Source: Candidatus Multivoradales bacterium | Lineage (GTDB): Bacteria > Acidobacteriota > Thermoanaerobaculia > Multivoradales > Multivoraceae | Direction: 5' to 3' | DNA: 64,000 nucleotides | NCBI GenBank assembly: GCA_965223325.1 | Contig: CBDCWI010000001.1 | Span: 1,952,001-2,016,000, forward strand | Shown here: piece after piece, positions 36,693 through 47,681 of the stretch | Layout: each line of letters begins with the position of its first letter | Position numbering within the stretch: position 1 is the first letter of the stretch | The notes under the pieces: model-generated | Seen by the model: the letters and a program-made list of their open reading frames with translations, nothing else | Told to the model about the DNA's origin: nothing | Databases searched by the model: none | Made by a program: the position numbers and the translations under genes

Positions 36693-39155
36693 ATGCAGCG
36701 AGTGACAGAACTCTTGACCGAAACACGTCTTGCGCTCCGTCGACTGAGGCGTAGCCCACTGTCGACGGCGGTTGTCCTGGCCGTCCTGGCGGTCGGCATT
36801 GGGACAAACGTTGCGATCTTTGCCGTCGTCGCTTCGGTGTGGGGGCACGTCCTACCCTACGACGATCCGGCGCGCATCGTGATGCTCTGGGAGGATCAAT
36901 CGGAACGCGGAGGAACCTCGCGCTCACCGGTTGCTGGTGCCAACTTCGTCGACTGGCGCGAAGCCAGTGGCGACCTGTTCGTCGAACTGGCGGCGTCGCG
37001 CAACGAGAGTCGCCGCCTCACCGGCCTCGAGCAACCGGTGGTGCCGCTCACCCACGCGGTGACCGACAACTACTTCGAGCTCCTCGGCGCGCGCCCGCAC
37101 CTCGGTCGCCTGCTCGAACCGGGCGAGAACGAGAGCGAAGGCTCACCGGTCGTCGTCAGCTACGGCCTCTGGCAGAGTGCTCTCGGCGGGCGTGCCGACG
37201 TCGTGGGCTCGGTCCTCCAGCTCGACGGGCAGCCTCACACGGTCGTCGGGGTCATGTCGCCCGACTTCTACAGCCGTCACCAGTTCGAGGTCCAGCCCGA
37301 CCTCTGGAGTCCCGCCACCGATGTCATCCAGGGGACAGAGCTCCGTCGCGACCGCCGCGACCTGACCGTCTTCGGCCGACTTGCACCGGGTGCCACCCTG
37401 GGAGCTGCCAAGGCACGAATGAAAGACATCGGCAGTCGCTTGGCCCGCACCTATCCCGACACCAACGAGGGCTGGAACATCGCCGTCGTTGGGTTGCGTG
37501 ACGACATCGTCGGCCCGATGCGCAGCACCTTCGTTCTGCTGCTCCTGGCGGCCGGAGCGGTTCTGCTGCTCGCCGCGGTCAACATCACCAACCTCATGTT
37601 GGCGCGCGCAGCGCAGCGCCAGCGCGAGCTGTCTCTAGAAAGCGCCCTCGGCGCCAGCCGCGCGCGCCTGGTGCGCAGCTCGGTAGTCGAGAGTCTGGTC
37701 CTCGCCTTCCTCGGGGGCGGCCTCGGCCTGGTTCTGGGTGCCGCGCTGACCCCGCTCCTCCGCGGCGCCATTCCCTTGAGCGCCGGAGTACCGTTTCTCG
37801 ACTCGATCAGCCTGGACGGGCGCGTGGTTGTAGCAGCGGCTGTCGCCACGTTGTTGACGGTCACGGTGTTCGGGCTGGTTCCCGCCCTGCGCGCGGCGTC
37901 TACCCAACCCGTAAGCCTGCTCGCCGGAGGGTCGACCCGAACCGGGCAGGACAGGGCCTCAACCCGGCGTGGCGGCCTGCTGATCGTTGCCGAGGTCGCA
38001 ATGGCGGTCGTGCTCATTTCAGCCGCTGGGCTCCTGTTGCAGAGCTTCCTCGCCCTGCGCGCCTTCGAGCCGGGAATCAACACCGTCAACACACTCACCA
38101 TCCGCAACTCGCTGCGCGGCCCAACCATGCTGGACGTCGACCGGCGCATCGACCACTTCCGAACGGTGGTTGATGACCTCGAAGCGCTTCCCGAGATCGA
38201 ATCGGCAGCAGCGGCGAGTTTCGCTCCACCTCTCGTAGGGGGCTTCTTCAATCGCTTCACCGCCACGGGTGTCGCAGAGGAGATCGGCGAGGAACCGCAA
38301 GCCTTGACCGTCTCGGTGACGGCTGGCTACTTCGAAACCCTCGAAGTCGAACTGCTCGCCGGCCGGTTCTTCGACACCCGGGATCGGGCAGACACCACCC
38401 CGGTGGCGATCGTCAGCGAAGCGCTCGCCCGGCGCTACTTCGACGGTCACGAGGCCATCGGGCAAAGCATCACTCTTGCCTCCGACGTACGGCCCGTCCT
38501 CGGCCCAGGCATCGAGAGACGCATCGTTGGCGTGGTCGGCGACGTGATGGGCGGCGGGCTCGACCCGCTTCCGCATCCAACGATCTACTTCGTGCACCCG
38601 CAGACACCATTCCCGATCATGACCTTCGTGATGAAGGCGGCCATCGACACCGATACTGCTGGGCAACGCGCCGAGGCTCTGATTTGGAGTCGCTCAGCAG
38701 AGGGCAACGTCTATGCCCGCAAGTCAATGGCCCAACGAATCGCCGACACACGCTGGCAGGCCGACCTCGCGACCCTGTTGCTCGGCTGCTTTGCAGTTCT
38801 CTCGTTGCTGCTCGGAACTGCCGGGATCTTCGCCGTCGTTTCCTACTCGGTGGCCACTCGGGTTCGCGAAATGGGAATTCGCAAGGCCTTCGGTGCGAGC
38901 GCCGGTGGCCTGCGTCAGCTGGTTCTCGGTCGCATCGCGACCTGGGCACTTCTGGGCATCGCCCTCGGCATCCTGTTTGCCCTGGCTAGCGGACACCTAC
39001 TCGAGGGGCTGTTGTTCGGCGTCCACTCGCGTGATCCCAGGACCTTCGCCCTGGTTGGGGTGCTGATGCTCCTGGCAGCCGTGGTCGCGGCCTGGCTTCC
39101 GGCAGAGCGCGCGGCGCGCATCGAACCCGCCACAGCTTTGCGACGTGACGACTGA
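36693..39155 (+). CDS. ADOP-type duplicated MacB/FtsX ABC permease
   Basis: LAVGIGTNVAIF, NITNLMLARA..RQRE, ALGASR, REMGIRKAFGA, PA.RAARIEP..ALR. GGAGG RBS before ATG 36693. Confidence 0.88.
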   Translation: MQRVTELLTETRLALRRLRRSPLSTAVVLAVLAVGIGTNVAIFAVVASVWGHVLPYDDPARIVMLWEDQSERGGTSRSPVAGANFVDWREASGDLFVELAASRNESRRLTGLEQPVVPLTHAVTDNYFELLGARPHLGRLLEPGENESEGSPVVVSYGLWQSALGGRADVVGSVLQLDGQPHTVVGVMSPDFYSRHQFEVQPDLWSPATDVIQGTELRRDRRDLTVFGRLAPGATLGAAKARMKDIGSRLARTYPDTNEGWNIAVVGLRDDIVGPMRSTFVLLLLAAGAVLLLAAVNITNLMLARAAQRQRELSLESALGASRARLVRSSVVESLVLAFLGGGLGLVLGAALTPLLRGAIPLSAGVPFLDSISLDGRVVVAAAVATLLTVTVFGLVPALRAASTQPVSLLAGGSTRTGQDRASTRRGGLLIVAEVAMAVVLISAAGLLLQSFLALRAFEPGINTVNTLTIRNSLRGPTMLDVDRRIDHFRTVVDDLEALPEIESAAAASFAPPLVGGFFNRFTATGVAEEIGEEPQALTVSVTAGYFETLEVELLAGRFFDTRDRADTTPVAIVSEALARRYFDGHEAIGQSITLASDVRPVLGPGIERRIVGVVGDVMGGGLDPLPHPTIYFVHPQTPFPIMTFVMKAAIDTDTAGQRAEALIWSRSAEGNVYARKSMAQRIADTRWQADLATLLLGCFAVLSLLLGTAGIFAVVSYSVATRVREMGIRKAFGASAGGLRQLVLGRIATWALLGIALGILFALASGHLLEGLLFGVHSRDPRTFALVGVLMLLAAVVAAWLPAERAARIEPATALRRDD

Positions 39156-39169
39156 CTGTTTCTGGGTGC

Positions 39170-39326
39170 CCACGCCAGGGCCTCGCTAGATGTCTAGAAC
39201 CCTGAGTCTCGTGCGGACGTAATCAAATCTCCCGGTGGAAGGTTCTAGGCATCGAGGCGCAGCGCGAAGCGCTGCTTGCCGGGAGGCACCTGGCCGAGGA
39301 GCACTAAAACACGCGGCCCTCGCTAG
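39170..39326. repeat. Intergenic palindromic region with CTAG-containing inverted repeats
   Basis: GATGTCTAGAACC (39189) and GGTTCTAGGCATC (39241) form a 12/13 inverted repeat. CCTCGCTAG occurs twice and matches the TIR end at 54572-54589. Confidence 0.5.
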
Positions 39327-39364
39327 CGGTAGTCTGTCGCCATCCACAAAAAGAACCTCCGAGG

Positions 39365-40198
39365 ATGGCAACCATGTCTGACTGGCTCGCAACGGGCACC
39401 GATCACCTTCTCGCAACCCTCCAGAACGGCGTTGCGACCCTGACCCTCAACCGACCCGAGGCGCGCAACGCGATGTCGGGTGAGATGAACGCCGCCCTGG
39501 CGACAACCCTGGCTGCTGTCGAACTCGATCCAGAGGTCAAGTGTGTCGTTCTAACCGGCGCCGGCAAGGGCTTCTGTGCCGGCGGCGACGTCAAAGGCAT
39601 GGCTGCCAAGGGTGACGGCACAGTGGGTGAACAAACCATCGACGAAGCGATCGCCCGTCAGCGTGTCAACCAACGGGCAACGGCCGGCAAGCTCTGGACG
39701 ATGCCCAAGCCCACCATCGCGGCGCTGCCGGGCGCAGCTGCCGGCGCCGGTCTCGCGCTGGCTCTGGCCTGCGATCTGCGCATCATGTCGAGCACGGCGT
39801 TTCTGACCACCGCCTTCGCACGTGTTGGCTTCTCGGGCGACTACGGTGGCAGCTACTTCATGACCCAGCTGGTCGGTTCGGCAAAAGCGAAAGAGCTCTA
39901 CTTCCTCTCCGAGCGCATCAAAGCCAAGAAGGCACTGCGACTTGGGCTCACGAACTGGGTCTGTGAACCCGAAGACCTGGCTGGGCGCACTACCGAAATC
40001 GCCGAGCGCATCGCCAGTGGCCCCACCGTCGCCCTCCGCTACATGAAAGAGAACCTGAACCGGGCCGCTTCCGGTGATGTCTTCGAGTGCCTCGATCTCG
40101 AGGCCACCCACCACATTCACTGTGGACAGACCGATGATCACCGCCAGGCCGTGCAAGCCTTCGTCGAGAAAAGAGAACCCACCTTCGCGGGCCGCTGA
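39365..40198 (+). CDS. Enoyl-CoA hydratase/isomerase (crotonase) family
   Basis: LTLNRPEARNA, GFCAGGDV, PKPTIAA, AAGAG..LALACD. Confidence 0.92.
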   Translation: MATMSDWLATGTDHLLATLQNGVATLTLNRPEARNAMSGEMNAALATTLAAVELDPEVKCVVLTGAGKGFCAGGDVKGMAAKGDGTVGEQTIDEAIARQRVNQRATAGKLWTMPKPTIAALPGAAAGAGLALALACDLRIMSSTAFLTTAFARVGFSGDYGGSYFMTQLVGSAKAKELYFLSERIKAKKALRLGLTNWVCEPEDLAGRTTEIAERIASGPTVALRYMKENLNRAASGDVFECLDLEATHHIHCGQTDDHRQAVQAFVEKREPTFAGR

Positions 40199-40248
40199 CC
40201 GGCGCACCCGGCGACCACTTTCCTTCAACTCGAATCCTGGAGAACTTC

Positions 40249-41862
40249 ATGCCTGCTTCGATCGAAACCAACCCAACCGCCGACACAGAGGCTCTCAGCT
40301 CGCGCCGCACCTTCTTGCAGAGCGGCACGGCCCTCGCCACTCTCTCGGCGACCGGCCTGCTCACCCCAGCCTGCCGCAAGCGCAGCGATCCAGAAGCTGG
40401 ACCAGGCGCAGACGAGGCCGCGACCAGCAGCGGCTCAGAGCTCGCCGGCCTTGACGGCACCGCCCTTGCCGACATGCTGCGCACCAAGGAGATCTCGGCC
40501 ACCGAGTTGCTCGAGGACGTGCTGGCACGCGTCGAGCGCGTCAACCCCGAGATCAACGCGGTCCTTCTCGATCTCTTCGATCCCGAGGTCGCAGTCGCGC
40601 ACGCTGCAGCCTTCGATCGCGGCGAAGGAGGAACCGGTCATCTCGCCGGCGTTCCGGTCATGCTCAAGAACCTGACAGCGTACAAAGACGCCCGCATCGA
40701 CCACGGCTCGCGCTTGATCTCGAGAGCGATCGCTGAGCACGGGCCGCAGGTGACTGAGAACTCCCCGCTGGTCGACGCGATGGAACGATCGGGGATGATC
40801 ATCGCCGGCATCACCAGCTCGCCCGAGTTCGGGCTCATCGACACCACCGAACCCGTCCTGCACGGCCCGACACGCAACCCCTGGAACCTGAACCGCACTG
40901 CGGGCGGTTCGAGTGGCGGATCCGGCGCTGCTGTCGCCGCTGGGATCGTCCCGTTGGGCCATGGTGACGACGGCGGCGGCTCGATTCGCCTACCTGCCTC
41001 TCAGTGCGGAGTCTTCGGTCTCAAGCCGACCCGCGGCCGCGAGCTGGGTAGCCAGACTGGGGTGCTGGCCATTGCGAACGCCCTTTGTTTGAGCCGCTCC
41101 GTGCGCGACACTGCTGCTTTCCTCGATCACGTCGAGGTCAAAGACCGCTCCGAGCTGCCACCGGTAGGTTTCGTAGCCCGTAGCGAGCAGCCCGCGCTGC
41201 GGATCGGGCTCATGAAGGAGGCTCTGCATGGCCGGCCCGCCCACAGGGAAGTCCAGAACGCAATGACCCACACCGCCGCCTTGTGCGAACAGCTTGGGCA
41301 CACGGTCACCGAAATCGCCCTGCCGATCGACGGAACCGAGTTCATAGATGCCTTCATTGGTCTGTGGGCTGCAAGCACGGTCCCGTTCGCCCAACTCGCA
41401 GAAGAAATGCTCGGACCGGAGATCCAACTCGAAGATGTCCTGGAACCCTGGACGCTCGGTCTGATGGCGATGGGCAACGAACGTGGGCCGGAGGCGTGCA
41501 GTGAACGCGCCACCTCGGTCTTCATCAAGGCGCGCGTCGCCTTCGACGCATTGTTTTCAGAGTACGACGTCATCCTCCAGCCTGTCCTCCTCGAACCGCC
41601 CTACGAGATCGGCTGGCACGACCCGGCAGGCGACTTCGAGGTCATCTACGAGCGGGTGCTGAACGATGTCTCCTTCACTCCTCTACACAACGCACTCGGC
41701 ACACCGGCAATGTCGGTGCCGATTCACTGGACTGCCGATGGTCTGCCCGTCGGCAGCCAGTTCGCGGCACAGCGGGGTGGCGAAGCAACCCTGCTCCAAC
41801 TCGCCTACGCCCTCGAAGAGGCAACCGAGTGGGCAAAGCGTCGGCCGCCGGTCTTTGCCTGA
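40249..41862 (+). CDS. Amidase signature family enzyme, Tat-exported (possible lipoprotein)
   Basis: SRRTFL, LTPAC, GGSSGGS, DGGGSIR.PA..CG. Confidence 0.9.
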   Translation: MPASIETNPTADTEALSSRRTFLQSGTALATLSATGLLTPACRKRSDPEAGPGADEAATSSGSELAGLDGTALADMLRTKEISATELLEDVLARVERVNPEINAVLLDLFDPEVAVAHAAAFDRGEGGTGHLAGVPVMLKNLTAYKDARIDHGSRLISRAIAEHGPQVTENSPLVDAMERSGMIIAGITSSPEFGLIDTTEPVLHGPTRNPWNLNRTAGGSSGGSGAAVAAGIVPLGHGDDGGGSIRLPASQCGVFGLKPTRGRELGSQTGVLAIANALCLSRSVRDTAAFLDHVEVKDRSELPPVGFVARSEQPALRIGLMKEALHGRPAHREVQNAMTHTAALCEQLGHTVTEIALPIDGTEFIDAFIGLWAASTVPFAQLAEEMLGPEIQLEDVLEPWTLGLMAMGNERGPEACSERATSVFIKARVAFDALFSEYDVILQPVLLEPPYEIGWHDPAGDFEVIYERVLNDVSFTPLHNALGTPAMSVPIHWTADGLPVGSQFAAQRGGEATLLQLAYALEEATEWAKRRPPVFA

Positions 41863-41870
41863 GGATCGCC

Positions 41871-42034
41871 TAGTACCCCGTACCCTTGAAACGGATAGTG
41901 GCTGAGCGGATGATCGTGCTCGAGATCAAGGCGTCACGACGCAGGCATATTGGTGATCTGTCGAGGAGTGACAACACAGAGATCGAGCGCGAGGACCGCG
42001 CAGACGCTGTGAGTTTCAATGGTACGGGGTACTA
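41871..42034. mobile_element. 164-bp MITE-like element with 22-bp terminal inverted repeats
   Basis: TAGTACCCCGTACCCTTGAAAC ... GTTTCAATGGTACGGGGTACTA (21/22), CTAG at both ends, second partial copy at 31161. Confidence 0.8.
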
Positions 42035-44053
42035 GCGACCGCCTGAGGCGGTAGCCCCCCCGACCTCCTCGCCGAGCAGGAACTTCTTGACGAACAGGAT
42101 CGTCGAGTAGAACTGGTAGTCGGCGTTTCGGCGCTTCCTGAAACCATGGCCCTCGTCCTCGGCGACCAGATACCAGGCGGGCACTCCGCGCTCGTGGACC
42201 ATGTCGATGATCTGGTCGGACTCCGAGACCGGCACCCGTGGGTCGTTGCGACCATGGACCAGGAAGATCGGCTTCTCGATGTCCGCCACGTGGTTGAGCG
42301 GTGCGATCTTCTCGAGAAAGGCGTACATCTCAGGGTCGCGCTCGTCACCGTACTCGACCCGCCGCAGGTCGCGACGGTAGCCCTGGGTGTTCTCGAGGAA
42401 GGTGCGCAGGTTCGAGATGCCAACCACCGCGATCGAGCAACAGATGCGATCGTTGTAGCGCGTCGCGGTGGCGAAGGTCATGTGGCCACCGTAGGAGCCG
42501 CCGGTAACCAGAATGCGACTCGCATCGAGCCCTGGGTCCTTCTCGATCCAGTCGAAAAGCGCGTCGATGTCTTCATAGGATCCCTCGCGCTTGAACCCAT
42601 TGTCGCGCATGACGAAGGTCTTGCCAAAACCCGACGAGCCGCGCACGTTGGGATAGATCACTGCGATTCCGAGCTCTTCGATGTAGTAGTTCGAACGCCC
42701 CTTGAACGTCGGCCGACTCTGCCCCTCAGGGCCACCGTGAATGTTGACGATCACCGGCCGCGGGCCCGTGAAGCGTGCCGGAGGCCGATAGAGAAAGCCC
42801 GAGATCGAAAGGCCATCGTGGGCGGGCCAGCGCACCAGTTCGGGCTCACTGAAACGTGATGGGTCGAGACCTCCGGTCTCAGACCTGGTCCAGCGGGTGA
42901 CTTCCTGGGTTTTGGCGTCGACCGAATAGACGTCGCCCGAGGAGCGCGCCGAGGAGAGCACAAAAGCGAGGTCGCGCCCGTTGTCGTGCCACGACACCCC
43001 GCCGAAGACACCGTTCGGGATCGTGGAGACCGCGGTCCGTTCCCCGTTGGCTACGTCGTAGAGAAAGAGCCTGGCGTAGCCTTCCTCATTGACGGTGAAG
43101 GCGAGGGTCTTCCCGTCTGGTGAGAGCGAAATCGAGCTCACATCCCACGGGATGTCACCGGTCAGGACCTCGAGCGACCGGGTGGCAACGTCGAGTTCGA
43201 CCAGCTGACGGAACTCCGATCCGGCGTCGGTCGTCGCCCAGATCGTCTTGCCGTCTTTCGAGATCTCGCCACCCCTCCACGCCACCGCCTCGCCCGCGGC
43301 GGGGTCGGGCGAGACCGGCGAGACCTCACCCGAAGCAGCATCGACGCGCCAGAGAGAACTCTGGTTGATCGAGCGGTAGCGCGACAAGAGGACGTCTTCA
43401 TCTCCTGGGAACCAGTCGACGACTCCCCAGCCGCCGCCTTCGAGCGTCGTGACTTCGCGACCGCCCTCGAAATCGAACGGGCGCACGACGAACAACTTGG
43501 TGAAGGCCCCGTCTGGATCAGCGTCGACCCGACTGTAGGCATAGCGACTGCCATCCTGAGACCACTCGCCCGGAGCGTTGCGCTTCTCACCATCCGAGAG
43601 CAGCTGCCACGAGCCGTCTCTGAGATCGAAGCGATAGATCTGGTAGAACTCATCGCCGCCTGTGTCTTTGGCAAAGATGAACGACTCGCCGCTTCGCTTG
43701 TCGTAGTCGGCACCGCGCACCGGCTCACGAAAGAAGGTCACCTGCTCGCGTGCGCCACCGGGCACCCTGACGCGGTGGATCTGACTGGCGTCGGCGAAAC
43801 GGGTCGAGATCAGCATCTCGCGGCGCGTCGGATGCCAGCTTGCGAACCCGGCAGAGCGGATCTCGGAGTAGCGGCGCGCGGATTCGGCCAATTCGAGTGG
43901 GATCGGCGGCACCCGCCGAATGTCGAGATTGTCGCCGGGGGCGAGAATCGCGGCTTCATCGGCCGCTGCCGGCACGACGGCGACCACCAAGGCCAGAAGG
44001 GAAACCGTCAGTACCGAGGCCAGGAAGGGGACTGTCGCACGCTCGAAGGTCAT
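42032..44053 (-). CDS. S9 prolyl oligopeptidase family peptidase
   Basis: HGGPEGQ, PNVRGS.G, GGSYGG, NDPRV, EGHGF. Start at MTFER (44053) with signal peptide. Confidence 0.92.
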   Translation of the reverse strand: MTFERATVPFLASVLTVSLLALVVAVVPAAADEAAILAPGDNLDIRRVPPIPLELAESARRYSEIRSAGFASWHPTRREMLISTRFADASQIHRVRVPGGAREQVTFFREPVRGADYDKRSGESFIFAKDTGGDEFYQIYRFDLRDGSWQLLSDGEKRNAPGEWSQDGSRYAYSRVDADPDGAFTKLFVVRPFDFEGGREVTTLEGGGWGVVDWFPGDEDVLLSRYRSINQSSLWRVDAASGEVSPVSPDPAAGEAVAWRGGEISKDGKTIWATTDAGSEFRQLVELDVATRSLEVLTGDIPWDVSSISLSPDGKTLAFTVNEEGYARLFLYDVANGERTAVSTIPNGVFGGVSWHDNGRDLAFVLSSARSSGDVYSVDAKTQEVTRWTRSETGGLDPSRFSEPELVRWPAHDGLSISGFLYRPPARFTGPRPVIVNIHGGPEGQSRPTFKGRSNYYIEELGIAVIYPNVRGSSGFGKTFVMRDNGFKREGSYEDIDALFDWIEKDPGLDASRILVTGGSYGGHMTFATATRYNDRICCSIAVVGISNLRTFLENTQGYRRDLRRVEYGDERDPEMYAFLEKIAPLNHVADIEKPIFLVHGRNDPRVPVSESDQIIDMVHERGVPAWYLVAEDEGHGFRKRRNADYQFYSTILFVKKFLLGEEVGGATASGGR

Positions 44054-44249
44054 GGGCGCCTCCTGTCGGGGTCGATGGGTGTCTGAAGGGAGCGGGAGAC
44101 ACTCAAGATACCGCGAAGCCGCCTGAGGTCGAATCGAGAATGGTGGCAACGATCAGCCGGGCATTGGCCCAGTTCACTTTGCGACGCACAAATCGCCTGG
44201 CGTCCACTAACCTGTCCAGGCACTGCCCTCCTGCCCACTGGAGAACCCC

Positions 44250-45164
44250 ATGAAACTCACCTTTCTCCTCGCCTCCTCTCTGGCGATCATTCTCGCCTGT
44301 GGGCCGCTCCATGCAGCTGAGGTCACCGTCAAGACCGTTGCCACCATCGACGCGGGTTCGGGCGGGATCTCGGTCGGGCCCGATGGCCGCATCTACAGTG
44401 CCGACTTCGGGTCCAAGCTGGGCGGCGGCGGAGTCGGTGGCACCCAGGTGTGGGCGATCACCACCGGTGGCGAGACCGAGGTCTTCGCCAAAGGCCTCGA
44501 AGGCGCGTCGGGCCACGCCTGGGACGCAGAAGGCCACCTCTACCAGTCGAACATTCGCGGCAACAAGATCAGCCGCATCGCACCCGATGGCACAGTCACC
44601 GACGTGGTGAGCGAAGGCATCGTCAACCCCGTCGGCATTGTCATCACCGCCGACGGCAGCTTGCGCGTCGCGAACTGCGGCAACGGCACGATCCGCCGAG
44701 TCACACCCACTGGCGAATCGACCGAGTTCGTAAGCAGTCCGCTACTCAAGTGCCCCAACGGCCTGGCCCTGGATGAGGACGGCAATCTCTATGCCGCGAA
44801 CTTCTACGATGGTTCAGTGATCAAGATCACGCCCGCCGGCGAAGCAGAGCTCTTGGCGACTCTCCCCGGCAACAACAACGGCCACATCCACTACGCCAAC
44901 GGCGAGCTCCTGGTGGTTGCACGCACTGCTCACCAGATCTACCGCGTCTCGCTCGACGGCAAAGTCGAGCTGTTGGCGGGTTCCGGTGAGAAGGGCGGTG
45001 CCGACGGTCCGGCAAACGAGGCGAGCTTCTGTTTCCCCAACGACATCACCACCAGCCATGACGGGCGAACGGTGTGGGTCAATGACATCGGCAACGAAGA
45101 GACGAACGGCATGAACGCTCTTGGCCCCACCCGCATACGTCGTATCGATCTCGGCGAAGACTGA
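44250..45164 (+). CDS. Secreted beta-propeller protein (SMP-30/gluconolactonase/NHL-like)
   Basis: Signal peptide, repeated P.G...D.DG.LY motifs. Confidence 0.75.
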   Translation: MKLTFLLASSLAIILACGPLHAAEVTVKTVATIDAGSGGISVGPDGRIYSADFGSKLGGGGVGGTQVWAITTGGETEVFAKGLEGASGHAWDAEGHLYQSNIRGNKISRIAPDGTVTDVVSEGIVNPVGIVITADGSLRVANCGNGTIRRVTPTGESTEFVSSPLLKCPNGLALDEDGNLYAANFYDGSVIKITPAGEAELLATLPGNNNGHIHYANGELLVVARTAHQIYRVSLDGKVELLAGSGEKGGADGPANEASFCFPNDITTSHDGRTVWVNDIGNEETNGMNALGPTRIRRIDLGED

Positions 45165-45216
45165 GCAGAAGGTCGCCCCTGATGCATCTCTTCGAGCGGT
45201 AGTAGTCTGGAGCCCA

Positions 45217-46728
45217 ATGTCCGAACAGCAACCGCAGTTGGTGCGGTCGCTGGGCCTTCTCGGCCTGGTGGCCACGGGGATCTGCGCCATGATGGGCGCG
45301 GCGATCAACATCATTCCGATCGCCGTGCAACGAACGGTTCCCGAGATCGGTCCGTGGGTGCTGTTGGCCTATGCCGCCGCCGCCGTCCCCGCTCTCCTGG
45401 CGGCCCTGGCGTTTGCGATTCTCGGTTCGGCGATGCCCCGCGCCGGCGGCAGTTACCTCTACGCCAGCCGCGCTCTTCACCCCTACCTCGGCTTCGTCGC
45501 CAGTTTCTCGCAGTGGTTCGGTCTATCGACGGCAATTGGCGTTGTGTCGTGGATGCTGGTTCCCTTTCTGCGCGATGTCGCGGCCGGCCTCGGCCAGGAG
45601 GGCCTTGCTCACGGCCTCGAGCAGTCCCCGATTCGGCTAGCGATCGCTCTGGGTTTCCTGTGGCTCTTCGTCGCTGTCAACATCCTCGGACTCGAGCTCT
45701 ATGAGCGCACACTCGTGCCGCTCATGTTCGTGATGTTCGCTGCGGCAGCAGTGGTAATCGTGACGGCGTTCCTCTACGACCAGAGCGACTTTCTAGCGGC
45801 CGTTCTGGCCCAGGAAGGTGTTTCGCACATCGTCCCGGAGGCACCGCCGTTTTCGTGGAGCGCTCTCATCGCCACCTCGGTCATTCTGTTCTCGAGTTTC
45901 ATCGGCTTCGACTCGATCGCCCAGGCAGGCGGCGAGGCGCAGAACCCGAGGCGTTCTCTGCCGCTGGCGATTTTCCTGGCGGTCACCATCGTGGGCTCCT
46001 TCTACCTCGCCTTCACCGCTGCGATGTATTACCTGGTGCCGTGGTCTTTCATGGCTGAGAGAAGCCTCGAGACCGACCTCACGGCGCCCGGCCTGCTCAG
46101 CTACCTGCTGCCAGCGAAACTCACCGTACTGATCACCGCCGGAGCCGCGATCGCACTCATCAACGACTTGCCGGCCATGCTCCTGGCCGTCTCACGGCTG
46201 GTCTTTGCATGGTCCGAAGACCGAATCTTCCCGCGCTTTCTGGCACGCATCCATCCACGCTTTCACACTCCCCATCGCGCCATCATCGCCAGCGGCGCCG
46301 TTGCGACCCTTTCGATTCTCGGCTGTGCTCTCGCCGGCGACTTCTTCCTGGGCGTCGACATCCTGGTAACGGCTCTGATCGTCACCTTTCTCTTGATGTG
46401 CCTCTCCGTCATCGCCCTACCCCATCGCAATCCGCAGCTGGCGAAGGAAATCCGACTCCTCAGGAGCCGACCGCTCCAGCTTCTTCTGTGCGGTGGCGGT
46501 GCATTGATTCTCACGCTCTATCTCGCGGTTCACGTACAACGCGATCTCGCCGCCACCCACCCCTACTGGTTCTTCCACTCCACCTGGTCCTGGCTCGCGG
46601 TCATGGGCCTGGCGAGTGTGGTGTTTTTCTTCTACTGGCAACGCCTGGGAGCGACCGATCCCGAGCGGGACGAGCGGTTTCGCAACCTGCCGGCCGACGC
46701 ACTGGACGTCGAATCTCCGGCTCGATGA
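45217..46728 (+). CDS. APC family amino acid permease
   Basis: GSAMPRAGGSY, FIGFD...GGEAQNP, SRLVFA..ED..FP, HPRFHTP. Confidence 0.9.
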   Translation: MSEQQPQLVRSLGLLGLVATGICAMMGAAINIIPIAVQRTVPEIGPWVLLAYAAAAVPALLAALAFAILGSAMPRAGGSYLYASRALHPYLGFVASFSQWFGLSTAIGVVSWMLVPFLRDVAAGLGQEGLAHGLEQSPIRLAIALGFLWLFVAVNILGLELYERTLVPLMFVMFAAAAVVIVTAFLYDQSDFLAAVLAQEGVSHIVPEAPPFSWSALIATSVILFSSFIGFDSIAQAGGEAQNPRRSLPLAIFLAVTIVGSFYLAFTAAMYYLVPWSFMAERSLETDLTAPGLLSYLLPAKLTVLITAGAAIALINDLPAMLLAVSRLVFAWSEDRIFPRFLARIHPRFHTPHRAIIASGAVATLSILGCALAGDFFLGVDILVTALIVTFLLMCLSVIALPHRNPQLAKEIRLLRSRPLQLLLCGGGALILTLYLAVHVQRDLAATHPYWFFHSTWSWLAVMGLASVVFFFYWQRLGATDPERDERFRNLPADALDVESPAR

Positions 46729-47612
46729 ACCCCTACACCGAACAAGAAGCCCTGCCTTCGACGGACGGGGTTCGGTTGGTCGTGCTCGAACGTCCATCGC
46801 CGAACGGGGCGGGCGGACCCGTCTTGCTGATCGCTCACGCGACGGGCTTTCACGCGCGGGTCTACGACCCAATGCTCGCGACCTGGGATCGCGCCCACCT
46901 CATAGCGGCCGATCTGCGTGGCCACGGCGACGCGCTTGTCCCCGCCGGACTCGATTTCGCCTGGCAGAGTTTCGTCGACGACCTCGAAGCCATCAAGAAG
47001 GCCAAGAGCGGCGACCAACAGCTTCTGGGCTTCGGTCACTCGATGGGCGGGGCATGCCTTCTGATGCTCGAGCTCAGGTGCCCGGGGACCTTCGCCGGGC
47101 TCTACTGCTACGAACCAGTCGTCTATCCCCCAGCCGCCGCTACCAGTGAGCGACGGGCCTCGACCTGGATCGAACGCACTCTGCGCCGGCGCGCTGAGTT
47201 TCCCTCACGAGAAAGCGCCATCCTCAACTACGCTGGCAAGCCGCCTTACCAGTCGTGGGACCGGCGCGCCCTCGAGTGCTTCGTCGACCATGGCTTTCAC
47301 CGCGAGAGCGATGGATCGCTCCACATCAAATGCCGCCCTGAAACCGAAGCCGCCTGCTACCGCATGGGGCCGAACCACGACACCTGGGAGCACCTGGCCG
47401 AGCTCGATTGCCCGGTGACGATCGGCCGCGGCGGACGCGGTGAACCCGGGCCATCCGCCTGGGCAGAGGACATCTCTCGGCGCATTCCCGGCGCAACCTT
47501 TGAAGAGTTCGACGGACTCGGTCATCTGGGCCCGATGGAAGACCCCGAACGCGTCGCAGGGGCCGTGGCCCTGCGTCTTGCCGGAGTGAGTTCCGGTATG
47601 GGTGGGCAGTAG
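46725..47612 (+). CDS. Alpha/beta hydrolase
   Basis: HATGF, DLRGHG, GHSMGG, GHLGPME. ATGA overlap start at 46725. Confidence 0.88.
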   Translation: MNPYTEQEALPSTDGVRLVVLERPSPNGAGGPVLLIAHATGFHARVYDPMLATWDRAHLIAADLRGHGDALVPAGLDFAWQSFVDDLEAIKKAKSGDQQLLGFGHSMGGACLLMLELRCPGTFAGLYCYEPVVYPPAAATSERRASTWIERTLRRRAEFPSRESAILNYAGKPPYQSWDRRALECFVDHGFHRESDGSLHIKCRPETEAACYRMGPNHDTWEHLAELDCPVTIGRGGRGEPGPSAWAEDISRRIPGATFEEFDGLGHLGPMEDPERVAGAVALRLAGVSSGMGGQ

Positions 47613-47681
47613 ACAGTGGCGTAAAAAAGGCGTAAACTCCCTTTCTCACCTTCGCAACACCCTTCGAGAGAGGAGCACCTC

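Noticed and set aside
46209-46724. N-terminal extension of the alpha/beta hydrolase
   Set aside because: It lies inside the APC permease. The ATGA overlap at 46725 is the natural start.
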